The notes beneath the pieces were generated by a model that saw only the letters and a program-made list of their open reading frames with translations, searched no databases and was not told the DNA's origin. From positions 1 to 35,779 of the IMG/VR virus record IMGVR_UViG_3300024420_000008: 35,779 bases of DNA. One strand, written 5' to 3'. The number at the start of each line of letters is the position of its first letter. Position 1 is the stretch's first letter. Shown here piece by piece: positions 8,427-18,525 of the stretch. This DNA is from a virus. Lineage: Duplodnaviria; Caudoviricetes. A program made the position numbers and the translations under genes.

Positions 8427-10388
8427 ATGGCAGTTAACGGAAGAACAACCGATGCTAACGGGGATGCTATTTTAATAAGTCTACAATCACCTTATGAAAA
8501 TGTGGTAGAAGTATTAGGATATACAGATGTTACTAAAGGTGAAAATACAGGTACCTATTATAATAAACAATTTAGATGGGGAACTGATGGTGTGACATAT
8601 TCGGATTATATAGCACTTTCTAATGTGAATCTAGAAGCTTTATTATTAAACCCAAATAAACCATTTTGGGTTCAATATAGATATGAACAAGTAGGTGATG
8701 GTACACTAGAATTTGAATCCATCGCTTTAGAGTTAGTAACAGATGGTGGTGTTATATGTAGAGTACCGCAGGTTGAGTGTGGTTCTGAAGGTTGTGTAGG
8801 TACTCCTAACTTAGTTGTTGATTGCTGTGTTCAAGGGTGGAATCCATACGATTTATCTAGAGCATCATCGATGTATAATCAATTATCTGCTGTTACTTCT
8901 AACTTATTTGGTTTTTGTGTAGATTATTTTAAAACAAAAGCAGACCAAAGAAGCCGTGATGTTATACTTAAAGAATATTCTTTATTTGATGTTATAAAAG
9001 AAGCTGAAGTAAAAATACTTATTCCTGATAATGAGTTACCTACAAGGGAGATTCAATTTAATCCTATGATGATGGATTTTCCTGTTCAGTTTGAAGTTCA
9101 TATTGTAAAATCTGCATTTGAAGCAGTATTTGGTTTAGGTGCAAAGCCTGAAATGAGAGACTATTTATATTTTAAAGATTATATGAATAGAATGTATGAA
9201 GTGGATGCAATTGCTGAAGCCGATGATTTTCTTTATGCAGGTTCTTATTGGAGAGTTAGTTTAGTACCTTATCAACAAAGAACCGCCGTTGGGTATGAAA
9301 ATACAAACGAAGGTATAAAGGCTGAAACAGATACACAAGCTTTAATTTCTGATGTGGAAACTAAATTTAGAGTAGAAAGAGAAAATGAATATAGAGATGT
9401 CCGTAAAAATAATCAGTATAATACTATAGGAAGTTTATGTAATGATTATGTTAGAAGATCTTTAGATAAAAGATTAACAATTAAAGAAGAGAACGTTTAT
9501 AATCAATGGACTATTATTTCTAAATATCATTATAAGTTAAGTTCAATTAAAAACGGCAATGAATCTATAAAATATCAATATGAAGGTGGATGGGATAAAG
9601 AAGATGATAGAGCATTCACATTTTGGATAAGACCACAGTATAATAATCCTATAGGAAAAAATGTACTTATTTTATCAATTGTTAATAAAGGAGGAAAGGT
9701 ACAATTTAATACTGGAGCTTTACCTACATTTGGTAATGCAATATCAGTAGGTGATTGGATAACAATCAGAGGCACACAATCATATAATGGAATAGCAAAA
9801 GTTATTGAAGTCATAGGTGATTCTATTGTCATAGATGAAAATTACACAGATGATATTCTTACAACAGGTTCACCTAGTTTTAATAAAGAAGTGAGTAATA
9901 ATTTTATGATATACGAAAATGACTTACTACCGCCAACACAATTTGTATCTTTTACATATACTCCTAATTGGTTTATTATGAAAATTAATGATACTTATTA
10001 TAAATGGAAAATCACACAGTCATTCTTAAAAGATGAGTGGTATGCAATTGTAATTAATTTAAATTCTACTGCAAGGCAATTAGGTCTATTTGTTTATAAT
10101 ACCCCAGAAGTATCAGGTTCTGTCAACCCTGAATTAACATCTACATTGAATTTAATCTTTAATGAAACTAAATCCTATACGCCAATAAGTGTAGTAGATA
10201 ATAATATGTGGAAGTTGTTAGGATGCCAAACTGATTTAACAAATATCCGTATTTGGAAAAAGCCTATAGAAGAAGAATTACAATCTCTCATACTTAGTCA
10301 ATATGTAGTAAAGGATACTCATTTAACTCTATTGTTGGATAATGCATCTCCGCAGTTAATGTTACAGGATGTAACGGATGCCAGGTAA
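8427..10388 (+). CDS. virion neck protein (gp14-like core) with extra beta-rich domains
   Basis: KPEMRDYLYF..MNRMYEV resembles the gp14 motif. The C-terminal FTFWIRP...WYAIVIN...TNIRIWKK resembles a LamG/ConA-like fold. Confidence 0.55.
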   Translation: MAVNGRTTDANGDAILISLQSPYENVVEVLGYTDVTKGENTGTYYNKQFRWGTDGVTYSDYIALSNVNLEALLLNPNKPFWVQYRYEQVGDGTLEFESIALELVTDGGVICRVPQVECGSEGCVGTPNLVVDCCVQGWNPYDLSRASSMYNQLSAVTSNLFGFCVDYFKTKADQRSRDVILKEYSLFDVIKEAEVKILIPDNELPTREIQFNPMMMDFPVQFEVHIVKSAFEAVFGLGAKPEMRDYLYFKDYMNRMYEVDAIAEADDFLYAGSYWRVSLVPYQQRTAVGYENTNEGIKAETDTQALISDVETKFRVERENEYRDVRKNNQYNTIGSLCNDYVRRSLDKRLTIKEENVYNQWTIISKYHYKLSSIKNGNESIKYQYEGGWDKEDDRAFTFWIRPQYNNPIGKNVLILSIVNKGGKVQFNTGALPTFGNAISVGDWITIRGTQSYNGIAKVIEVIGDSIVIDENYTDDILTTGSPSFNKEVSNNFMIYENDLLPPTQFVSFTYTPNWFIMKINDTYYKWKITQSFLKDEWYAIVINLNSTARQLGLFVYNTPEVSGSVNPELTSTLNLIFNETKSYTPISVVDNNMWKLLGCQTDLTNIRIWKKPIEEELQSLILSQYVVKDTHLTLLLDNASPQLMLQDVTDAR

Positions 10389-10392
10389 CCTA

Positions 10393-10402
10393 GAATATAT
10401 AT
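10393..10402 (+). promoter_or_regulatory. putative late promoter
   Basis: GAATATATAT. Confidence 0.6.
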
Positions 10403-10418
10403 TACAAATAACTTATTA

Positions 10419-11027
10419 ATGGAAGATAACTCAAAGGAAAGATTTAGAGATAGTATTGGTGATTTACTTAGTGAATTACCTGATGAAGTTCCTGGTTTAG
10501 AAAATACCCCTGAATTACCAAAAGTAAGACAAGAAAGTACTCAAGCCGTTGCATTAACAAAAGCAAAAGGTAAAGCAAAAAAGGTAATGAGTAGTTTACT
10601 TAAATTTTATTTAAGTGAAGAAATTATTCTAGAACATGAATATATTCAGGCTAAAGCTCAATTAGATGAATATGCATTAGGAATGTTAATCCGACAAATG
10701 GAGAATAGTGAAATTGCTATTTCTACATTAATGGACACAATTAATGAAGGTGATGTTTCACCAAGAATGTTTGAAGTACTTAGTGATTTACAAAGAACTT
10801 TGTTGGATATTATTAAAAGCCAAACCATGTATATGGTAGCTATTGAAGAAAATGCTAAAAAGACTTCCAGGGATATAGATGTTTATCATGGAAGCTCTGA
10901 AGGTAGCAATAACAAAAAACAAAGTGGAGTTAAATCTAGAGGTACAAAAGATTTAATGAGAGCATTACAAGAAACTATTAACGAAGAAGATATACAAGAT
11001 GTCGATAGCGATGAAAATGAAGAATAG
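10419..11027 (+). CDS. terminase small subunit (gp16-like)
   Basis: SPRMFEVLSDL and GTKDLMRAL match gp16-family motifs; lies upstream of the large subunit. Confidence 0.72.
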   Translation: MEDNSKERFRDSIGDLLSELPDEVPGLENTPELPKVRQESTQAVALTKAKGKAKKVMSSLLKFYLSEEIILEHEYIQAKAQLDEYALGMLIRQMENSEIAISTLMDTINEGDVSPRMFEVLSDLQRTLLDIIKSQTMYMVAIEENAKKTSRDIDVYHGSSEGSNNKKQSGVKSRGTKDLMRALQETINEEDIQDVDSDENEE

Positions 11028-11286
11028 TTATATTCTTACACAGGAGATTGAACAAACTGAGAGAAAAACTGAAAGCGGATTAATTATTCCTGTAGAAAAA
11101 TATAACCGAGTTGCTTTAGTTATTGAAGCAGCCGATGGCCTTGAAGTAAAAAAAGGTGATAAAATAATAAAAACAATAGGCAAGGGTACTGAATATACAT
11201 CAGACGGTAATAAGTTTGAAATTGTTCATATAAATCATATTCTTGCTGTTATTAAAGAAGATGCCACAGAAACCACAAGCGCCTAG
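11011..11286 (+). CDS. groES: GroES-like co-chaperonin
   Basis: KTESGLIIP mobile loop, VKKGDKII, GTEY..DG.KF, HILAVI. Start uncertain (10999/11011/11017). Confidence 0.82.
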   Translation: MKMKNSYILTQEIEQTERKTESGLIIPVEKYNRVALVIEAADGLEVKKGDKIIKTIGKGTEYTSDGNKFEIVHINHILAVIKEDATETTSA

Positions 11287-13078
11287 TGCAGGATTTGAAT
11301 TTAATGTTGGTAAAGCCAAGCAAGCATTTTCATGGTCAAGTGAAAGTGTAGAACAATTAATGTTTGCAATAGAAGAAGGTTATAAACCGGCATCTACTCC
11401 ATTCTATGAAGGTAATCCTAATCTAAGAAAAGGTAACATTGTTTTTAATTATACCTCAAATGAAATAAAGGAAATTAAAAAATGTGCAAAGGATATTGTA
11501 TACTTTGCTAATACTTATTGTACTGTAATGACTGATCATGGTTTACAGACAATTAATTTAAGACCTTATCAAGAAGAAATGTTAAGGCAATTTCAAGCAG
11601 AAAGATTTAATGTATGTTTAGCATCTAGGCAAGTAGGTAAAACTATATGCTCATCTATTTTTATTGCCTGGTATTCATTATTTAATTTTGATAAAAATTC
11701 TTTAATACTTTCAAATAAAGGTGCAACGACTAGGGAGATTATTGACAAAGGTAAAACTATATTAGAACATTTACCTTTCTTTTTAAAACCCGGTACACTT
11801 AAATGGGATGTATTTAATTCTAAGTTTGATAATGGATGTAGAATAATTGGCCAAACAACAACAAAGAAAGCAGCAATCGGTTTTACTATTCATTTATTAT
11901 TCATGGATGAGTTTGCGCATATCCCTGCAAATTTTGTTGATACCTTTTATGAAAACGTGTATCCAACTGTATCCGCATCTACAAACTCTAAAGTTATCAT
12001 AACAAGTACACCTAATGGCTTTAATAAATTTTATGACATATATACTGCTGCCGATAAAGGCTTAAGTGAATATACACCCTTTAGAGTTGACTGGTGGGAT
12101 GTACCAGGAAGAGACGATGCTTGGATGAAGCAAGAAGTTGCTAACTTAGGTAGCGACGAAGCATTCAATAGACAATATGGAAATCAATTTATTGCAGGTT
12201 CATCATTATTATTAGGACCTGATAGTCTTAAGAAATTAAAAGGAAACGAAACAGAATTTGTTCATCGTGAAATGATTGCGTTTGAAGATGAGCAAGTAGA
12301 ATACTCTGGTTTATTATGGGATCCTGAATTTAATTTAGATGACTGTGAAGAGGATGAAAATTACTGGTGTTTTTCAGTTGATATAGCTGAAGGTACAGGT
12401 GGTGACTATTCTATTATAAATATTTTCAAAATAGAACTTATGGATGAAGCTGATTGGAAAAAGGTAACTTCACCAGGTAGCTTTATTGATTTTTATAGAA
12501 TCAGACAGGTTGGTAGATTTAGAAGTAACGAACATACTATTGAAGAATTTGCAAAATCTCTTTATATTTTAGCTTATGATGTTTTTTATTCAGAGAATGT
12601 AAAATTAATTATAGAATGGAATTTATTTGGTGGTGAACTAATCAAAAGACTGGAAACGGTATTTCCACAAAGAAATGATTTTGATGAAGAATCAGTTGTT
12701 AAATTTAAACACCGTATAGATGCAAGGACTAAACAATTTGGGCTAAAGGTGAAAAAAGATAATAAGCCTATATTTTGCCAAAACTTTAAAAAATACATAA
12801 CACAGAATAAAATAATTATAAAGGATAAGCAAACTGTATATGAAGCAGCTACATTTGGTAAATTACCTAATGGAACATATGCCGGTCAATTAGGTCATGA
12901 TGATTTAATAATGACATGTATAAATAGTTCTGAATTCTTCTTTACATTAGATTTTTCCGATTTTGCTGAAGAGATCCATGATGTTGCAGAACAGCACATC
13001 CAAGATAAAATTGATGCTATCTTAGAACAAGATGCAAAAGGTGGGCAACTGAACTTTGACATATACGACTTGGTATAA
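11261..13078 (+). CDS. terminase large subunit (gp17-like)
   Basis: LRPYQ, SRQVGKT, LLFMDEFAH, ITSTPNG; nuclease domain VDIAEGTGGDYS and GHDD. ATG at 11261 preferred. Confidence 0.95.
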   Translation: MPQKPQAPSAGFEFNVGKAKQAFSWSSESVEQLMFAIEEGYKPASTPFYEGNPNLRKGNIVFNYTSNEIKEIKKCAKDIVYFANTYCTVMTDHGLQTINLRPYQEEMLRQFQAERFNVCLASRQVGKTICSSIFIAWYSLFNFDKNSLILSNKGATTREIIDKGKTILEHLPFFLKPGTLKWDVFNSKFDNGCRIIGQTTTKKAAIGFTIHLLFMDEFAHIPANFVDTFYENVYPTVSASTNSKVIITSTPNGFNKFYDIYTAADKGLSEYTPFRVDWWDVPGRDDAWMKQEVANLGSDEAFNRQYGNQFIAGSSLLLGPDSLKKLKGNETEFVHREMIAFEDEQVEYSGLLWDPEFNLDDCEEDENYWCFSVDIAEGTGGDYSIINIFKIELMDEADWKKVTSPGSFIDFYRIRQVGRFRSNEHTIEEFAKSLYILAYDVFYSENVKLIIEWNLFGGELIKRLETVFPQRNDFDEESVVKFKHRIDARTKQFGLKVKKDNKPIFCQNFKKYITQNKIIIKDKQTVYEAATFGKLPNGTYAGQLGHDDLIMTCINSSEFFFTLDFSDFAEEIHDVAEQHIQDKIDAILEQDAKGGQLNFDIYDLV

Positions 13079-13094
13079 AAAGTTACAAGTTGTT

Positions 13095-13104
13095 GGATAT
13101 ATAA
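13095..13104 (+). promoter_or_regulatory. putative late promoter
   Basis: GGATATATAA. Confidence 0.55.
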
Positions 13105-13132
13105 AAAAAGCAAATAAAAAAAATAATATAAG

Positions 13133-16100
13133 ATGGCACTAGATCCGAAAATCGCTTCGATTAAAGCAGCAGGAACTTACAGATTTGAATTTGATAAATC
13201 TCAAGTAGTTAGTATCCCTGCTAATCAGACAAGGTTAATTGTCGGTTTCTCTAAAACAGGTCCTTTCAATACCCCGGTATTTGTACCTGACACCGCATTC
13301 TTTAAACAAGTATATGGTGATATTGACAGAAACTTAGAAAGAAAGGATTCATTTTTCCACAGAAGCTGTTTAGCAGCATTGGAAAGAGGACCAATTCTTG
13401 CACTTAACTTATTAAACTTAACGGCTGCCGATAAGGTAGACTATATTAAATTTGGCACAGCAGCAACTCCTGAAGTTCAGGATAACGAAGGTGCCTTAGG
13501 TGAATATGAAAAATTTTATAACAGAGATAAATTCTTTTATCCTGATTCAGATGCATTCCTAGATAACGTAGGAGCTAATAAATTAGATTTTAGTTCTACG
13601 ACTACTAATGATATATTAGATATGGTAAATTTAGGACAAAATCCTTTATCGGTTATTGTAAGAAAGGCATCAGCTGCTAATTCAACAGGATTTAACGTAA
13701 CAGTTGAAGAATGGTATGGAGCTGCTAATGTACCAGGTTTCTTAAACAAAGACAGTTTAGTATCTGACTTTTTAGTAGATATATTTGTAATTGATGGAAA
13801 CTTCGGTGGTGAGTTTGGTACTGCCACTCCTTATGAAAGGTTTGCTGCAGATCCAATATTCCAAACTTATTTTGATAAGGTACAAGGATTAAAGAGAAGA
13901 TTATTTGATTCTGATGACAGTGATACAAAAATTGCTGAATTCTTTAATGAATCAGAAGTTGATGTAATTGCAACTTACACTGCATCACTTATTCCTAACT
14001 TTACAGACTTACTAGGAAATAATCTTTTTGTAGAAAAAGTTGTAAATGCTGACACTGCATCTACTGGTTTATTTGTCGCTGTGAATGAAGATTTATTTGA
14101 TGGTGATACTTTAATTGACGGTGTTGCTGGTGGTATTGATTTGATAGGACATAACCTTGAATATACACAAGCTACTGCAATCCAAGATGATGTTAGATTT
14201 TTATCATACAGTGGATCTATAGTATCCGATTTAAGTTATGCAGGTGCAGGTACTGCCGCAACCTCAGTAACACAAACCGCAGAATTAGTTAATGTAGTTG
14301 ATTTAACTTCAGGTGATGTTCAGATACAAGTTCAAGGTAATACAGGAGAATCATTATTTGATGCATTTTCTACTTTCACTGCAAATAGTTCAACCGCAGT
14401 AGGTACTTATATCCTAACACAATCTGGAGCTTCCTTCGTTCCTGTAATATCATCACAAGTTGTTGGTAATACAGTAACAATAGTATTATCAGGTGAAGGT
14501 GGAATTACTTCTGCTGATTTTGAGGTATCAGGGTCTATTACTTATCAATATATTAATGAATCTGATTTTGGTTTTGTAACTGATCAGGTTCCTGTGAATG
14601 ATACTGCAAGCTCAAATATTATAGGTGGTTACGGTTCGGCACTATATAGCCAATTTTCAAACGGTACTCTTACTGATGGCGATGAAGCTGTTTTTGTAGA
14701 TTCATTTGGAACTCAGAAAACTTCATTCTTAGTGTTTAATGCTCTTAACTATCCGGCTATTCATACTGCTAACCCAACGGCACCTGGAACAATTATTCCT
14801 ATATCGGATTCTAATTATTATTTACCATCCGTTGCAGTAACACCTTATGAAGAGGATGCATTTAATAATGTAACTCCACATAGCGAATTTAATTTAGGTG
14901 CAAATTCAATATTCTTAAATTCTGATGGTGTTGCATATGCTAATGGTATATTTGGAATTCAAACATTAAAAGGTGCAAATAATGTTTCTATAGATATTAT
15001 TTCAAATTCATTAACTGAACCAACATTAAAACCTAACCAAGTATTAATTGTATCTGATAATCCTGATGCTGCTGATGTGGTTGTAGGAAATTACTTAGTA
15101 CATTTTGAAGGTGATGCTAATACTCCACATTCAAGGTTAACAAGAATAAATGTTGTACAAGGTGGATTAACTAATGCCGAATTTAGTACCATTCCTGTAG
15201 GTAAGACTGCGTTGTTAGTAACTTGCCAAAGTGAAATTGCAACAACAACCGCTGCAGGTATTGTTAAAGTAGAATTATACTATCCTATTGATAAATGGGT
15301 TGATTACTTAAATGTATTTACATTAGATGGTTTTAAATTAACTTCTAATCATGTACCTAACGGAACTAATGATAGACAAGTTGAAATACTTAACGGTACT
15401 TTAAATGGAACTAATTTATTTAAGGCATTAACTGATAGAGATGTAATTAACTTTAGATATATTGTAGATACATTCGGAAACGGTATTGAAAGCGGATCTA
15501 AAGCGATCTATACAATATTGGCTTCTACTAGAAAGAATGCTTTTGCAATATTAAATGCTCCATCTGCTAAGGACTTTAAGGATAATCCGAATCCATCATT
15601 TAAAGATCTAACTGGAAGTTTATCATCTAGATTTATTTCTACTGGTGGTGATCTTGCATTAAATCCTACTATTAGATACTCATTACCTTCTCAAACACAA
15701 GGTGCGAGTTGGGGAGCATTCTATTATCCTTTCATTACTGTTAGGGATTTAGGTAGAAATATAAATGTTGTACCAGCTGCATATGTTTCAAATAACTTTA
15801 TCGCAAAATATGAAAACGCTTTACCGTGGTCATTAGTTGCCGGAGTTCGTAGAGGTGTTGTAGGTGGAACAGGAGTTGTAGGATTGGAAATCAATCTTGG
15901 AAAAGAAGACAGAGAATACTTAGAACCATTTGGATTGAATCCAATTGTATTCCAAAGTGGAACTGGGCCAACAATCTTTGCAAATAAAACTGCACAGCAG
16001 ACTACAAAATCTGCTTTAAGTTCCATTAACTGTAGAGAGGTTGTAATTTATATCCAAGATGGAATAGAAGCAATTCTGAAAAACTATCTGTTTGAATTCA

Positions 16101-16345
16101 ATACAGCTCAAACTAGATTGGAAATTAAAACACTTGCTGATAACTTCTTAGCAACGGTTCAAAATGATGATGGTGTTTATGATTACAAAAATGTAATGGA
16201 TGAAACTAATAACACACCAGAAGTTATTGATCAAAATGTTGGTATCTTAGATACATACATTGAACCAGTAAGAGGAATGGAAATTCTCGTACAGAGAACT
16301 ACTATTTTGAAAACAGGAGCTATTAGTTCAGGAAACTTCCAATAA
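13133..16345 (+). CDS. contractile tail sheath protein (gp18-like), extended
   Basis: N-terminal GTYRFEFDKS..VGFSKTGPFNTPV; C-terminal AFYYP, AGVRRG, LNPI, LSSINCRE, YLFEFN, VMDETNNTPEVID, IEPVRGME. Confidence 0.94.
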   Translation: MALDPKIASIKAAGTYRFEFDKSQVVSIPANQTRLIVGFSKTGPFNTPVFVPDTAFFKQVYGDIDRNLERKDSFFHRSCLAALERGPILALNLLNLTAADKVDYIKFGTAATPEVQDNEGALGEYEKFYNRDKFFYPDSDAFLDNVGANKLDFSSTTTNDILDMVNLGQNPLSVIVRKASAANSTGFNVTVEEWYGAANVPGFLNKDSLVSDFLVDIFVIDGNFGGEFGTATPYERFAADPIFQTYFDKVQGLKRRLFDSDDSDTKIAEFFNESEVDVIATYTASLIPNFTDLLGNNLFVEKVVNADTASTGLFVAVNEDLFDGDTLIDGVAGGIDLIGHNLEYTQATAIQDDVRFLSYSGSIVSDLSYAGAGTAATSVTQTAELVNVVDLTSGDVQIQVQGNTGESLFDAFSTFTANSSTAVGTYILTQSGASFVPVISSQVVGNTVTIVLSGEGGITSADFEVSGSITYQYINESDFGFVTDQVPVNDTASSNIIGGYGSALYSQFSNGTLTDGDEAVFVDSFGTQKTSFLVFNALNYPAIHTANPTAPGTIIPISDSNYYLPSVAVTPYEEDAFNNVTPHSEFNLGANSIFLNSDGVAYANGIFGIQTLKGANNVSIDIISNSLTEPTLKPNQVLIVSDNPDAADVVVGNYLVHFEGDANTPHSRLTRINVVQGGLTNAEFSTIPVGKTALLVTCQSEIATTTAAGIVKVELYYPIDKWVDYLNVFTLDGFKLTSNHVPNGTNDRQVEILNGTLNGTNLFKALTDRDVINFRYIVDTFGNGIESGSKAIYTILASTRKNAFAILNAPSAKDFKDNPNPSFKDLTGSLSSRFISTGGDLALNPTIRYSLPSQTQGASWGAFYYPFITVRDLGRNINVVPAAYVSNNFIAKYENALPWSLVAGVRRGVVGGTGVVGLEINLGKEDREYLEPFGLNPIVFQSGTGPTIFANKTAQQTTKSALSSINCREVVIYIQDGIEAILKNYLFEFNTAQTRLEIKTLADNFLATVQNDDGVYDYKNVMDETNNTPEVIDQNVGILDTYIEPVRGMEILVQRTTILKTGAISSGNFQ

Positions 16346-16360
16346 GAAGAAACTAAAAGA

Positions 16361-16370
16361 GAATATATAA
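16361..16370 (+). promoter_or_regulatory. putative late promoter
   Basis: GAATATATAA. Confidence 0.65.
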
Positions 16371-16387
16371 AAAAAATAAAATAAACT

Positions 16388-16942
16388 ATGCCACTACCAC
16401 ATTATACCCAATCAAGGGCCAGTAGCCAAAGGTACGAACCAGTTCAGCCTAACCTTTTTGAGGTGACAGTATTTTCACCACTAGGGGATGATACGGGTTT
16501 AATCTTAGAGCAAGTTAAAACTATTGGAGGTTTAAATAACTTAAACCCTTCTGTAGATGCAATCGGACAGAAATACAAATTTGCTGACCGTTCATTTGCA
16601 AGTATGCCAGGTCAAACATTTATGGATCTGACTGTTAACTTTAGTCTTAACCTAAATGAAGCTAACGAAAATTACATTTACAATACATTCCGTAATTGGT
16701 ATAAATTAATCTATGATCCATTAACTGGTGAAATGGGATTAAAGAAAGACTATGTAGGAAGTATGATCATTGTACAATACAACAGAGCAGGTGATATTTT
16801 TAGAAAGATTACTTGTAAAGATGTATTCCCTACAGGTCAACCTGATTTTGTAGATGAATTAAGTTATGAAACTCCAGACGCAGTTGATTTAACAATGACT
16901 TATCGTTGTGATCACTGGGTTGAAGAAAACGTAGGAGCATAA
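16388..16942 (+). CDS. tail tube protein (gp19-like)
   Basis: PNLFEV, FRNWYKLIYDP.TG, QYNRAG, VFPT, TYRCDHW; follows the sheath gene. Confidence 0.9.
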   Translation: MPLPHYTQSRASSQRYEPVQPNLFEVTVFSPLGDDTGLILEQVKTIGGLNNLNPSVDAIGQKYKFADRSFASMPGQTFMDLTVNFSLNLNEANENYIYNTFRNWYKLIYDPLTGEMGLKKDYVGSMIIVQYNRAGDIFRKITCKDVFPTGQPDFVDELSYETPDAVDLTMTYRCDHWVEENVGA

Positions 16943-16965
16943 TAAACTCTTAATATTTTTTATAG

Positions 16966-16992
16966 AAAACTGGCTCTAGGGCCAGTTTTTTT
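16966..16992 (+). terminator. Rho-independent terminator
   Basis: AAAACTGGCT-CTAG-GGCCAGTTTT followed by a T tract. Confidence 0.9.
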
Positions 16993-17002
16993 ATCTTCAC
17001 TC

Positions 17003-17012
17003 TAATATATAT
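17003..17012 (+). promoter_or_regulatory. putative late promoter
   Basis: TAATATATAT after the terminator. Confidence 0.55.
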
Positions 17013-17034
17013 TATAAATTATATAATCTAAAAT

Positions 17035-17505
17035 ATGACTATCTTTAAAGTAGAAAACACAGTAGATGGAAAAGTTTATGTAGGTTATTCAGTTAATGAT
17101 AACCCTAATAATTTAGGAGCAGGAAAATATATTAAAAGAGCAGTTAAAGATTTTGGCACAAGATCTTTTGAAAAGATTACCTTAGAATCTTTTAATACTG
17201 ATGAATCATTAAGCCATATAATGGAAAGGCTAGAATATTGGATTAAAAATTATAAAGCCGATAATCCTAAATATGGATATAACGAAAGCGTACAGGAATT
17301 AATTCCACAGAAAAAGAGACTTACAAAAAAATTACAAGTACTCTTAACACCAGAAGACGAAGATAATTTAAATACTATTATTATTCAAAAGTCAATGGAA
17401 AATAAAACGAAACCGTTGCCAGTATCCAGGTATGTAAGACAATTAATAGTTGAGCATATTGTAAAGGAAACAGCACCTGAAAAACAATTAATAAAAACTA
17501 AATAA
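17035..17505 (+). CDS. degenerate GIY-YIG domain plus ribbon-helix-helix-like C-terminus
   Basis: TIFKVEN..DGKVYVG, LGAG..IKRAVKDFG, LEYWI, GYN; then KKLQVLLTPED...VSRYVRQLI. Confidence 0.65.
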   Translation: MTIFKVENTVDGKVYVGYSVNDNPNNLGAGKYIKRAVKDFGTRSFEKITLESFNTDESLSHIMERLEYWIKNYKADNPKYGYNESVQELIPQKKRLTKKLQVLLTPEDEDNLNTIIIQKSMENKTKPLPVSRYVRQLIVEHIVKETAPEKQLIKTK

Positions 17506-17507
17506 TT

Positions 17508-18512
17508 ATGAGTAGTCACGAAGACAACGTTAAGAAAGAATTTGAGGCAGCTGAAGGTATAGTAGATACTGCAGCTGAAGTAAAAACAAATGATGAAGGT
17601 AAAATTACTGAATTAGGTAAAGTAGATACTACAAGAGGATCTGGTATAACTTCAGTAGATGATCCTGAAATACAAAGAATACAATCATTAACAGGATATG
17701 TTAAATTAGATTTAGCAAACTTTCCATCAGGTGGTCAATTTTATAGAGAAGATTTTGAAATTCATATTAGAGCCGCAAGAGTTGGTGAAATTAGAGAGTT
17801 CTCTACATTAGATGAAGAAAATATTTTAGATGTTGATGAAAAGCTAAACTCACTTCTAGTGAACTGTACAAAAATTATGTATGGTAACCAAAGGGGATCT
17901 TATAGAGACGTTTTAGAAGAGGATAGAATATATCTAATCCTATCTATCAGGGAATTGACATTTAAAGATGGTGAAAATAAACTGATGATGCCAGTTACAA
18001 AAAAGAAATGTAAAGCTGGAACATGTAAATCACAAGAGTCAATGGAGCTTAGAACAGGTAATCTTCAATTTAATGAACAAGATGAATTAATAGAAAAATA
18101 CTATGATCATCAAAACAAATGTTTTACGGTTCCTACGAAAAGTCATGGCGAGCTTACTATTGCACCTCCTACTATAGGTGTTATGAGAGCCATTACCGAT
18201 TGGATAAGAAAACGGGAAGAAGAAAATAAATCTTGGGATAAATCATCCTTACAGATATTACCTTATATACAAAGAGAATGGAGAGGATTTAATGATAAAG
18301 AAATCTTTTCGGCAATAACATCATTTCAAGGATGGGATGCTAGTAAATTTTCAATAGTCTACAGATTAGTTGAGAAAGCGAAAATTGGAGTCAAACCTCA
18401 GTTTGTATATCCATGTGAAAGTTGCGGTGAGGAGGTCGCCGTTCCGCTCACGTTTCCCGGCGGGATCAAAGCTCTCTTTATTATTCAAGATATCTCATCT
18501 GAACTTTTATAA
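17508..18512 (+). CDS. baseplate hub / tail assembly protein (gp26-like)
   Basis: FPSGG.FY, DRIYLILSIRE, two Cys pairs (CKAGTC, CESC); lies between tail tube and tape measure genes. Confidence 0.7.
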   Translation: MSSHEDNVKKEFEAAEGIVDTAAEVKTNDEGKITELGKVDTTRGSGITSVDDPEIQRIQSLTGYVKLDLANFPSGGQFYREDFEIHIRAARVGEIREFSTLDEENILDVDEKLNSLLVNCTKIMYGNQRGSYRDVLEEDRIYLILSIRELTFKDGENKLMMPVTKKKCKAGTCKSQESMELRTGNLQFNEQDELIEKYYDHQNKCFTVPTKSHGELTIAPPTIGVMRAITDWIRKREEENKSWDKSSLQILPYIQREWRGFNDKEIFSAITSFQGWDASKFSIVYRLVEKAKIGVKPQFVYPCESCGEEVAVPLTFPGGIKALFIIQDISSELL

Positions 18513-18525
18513 AGTAAGAGTTCTT

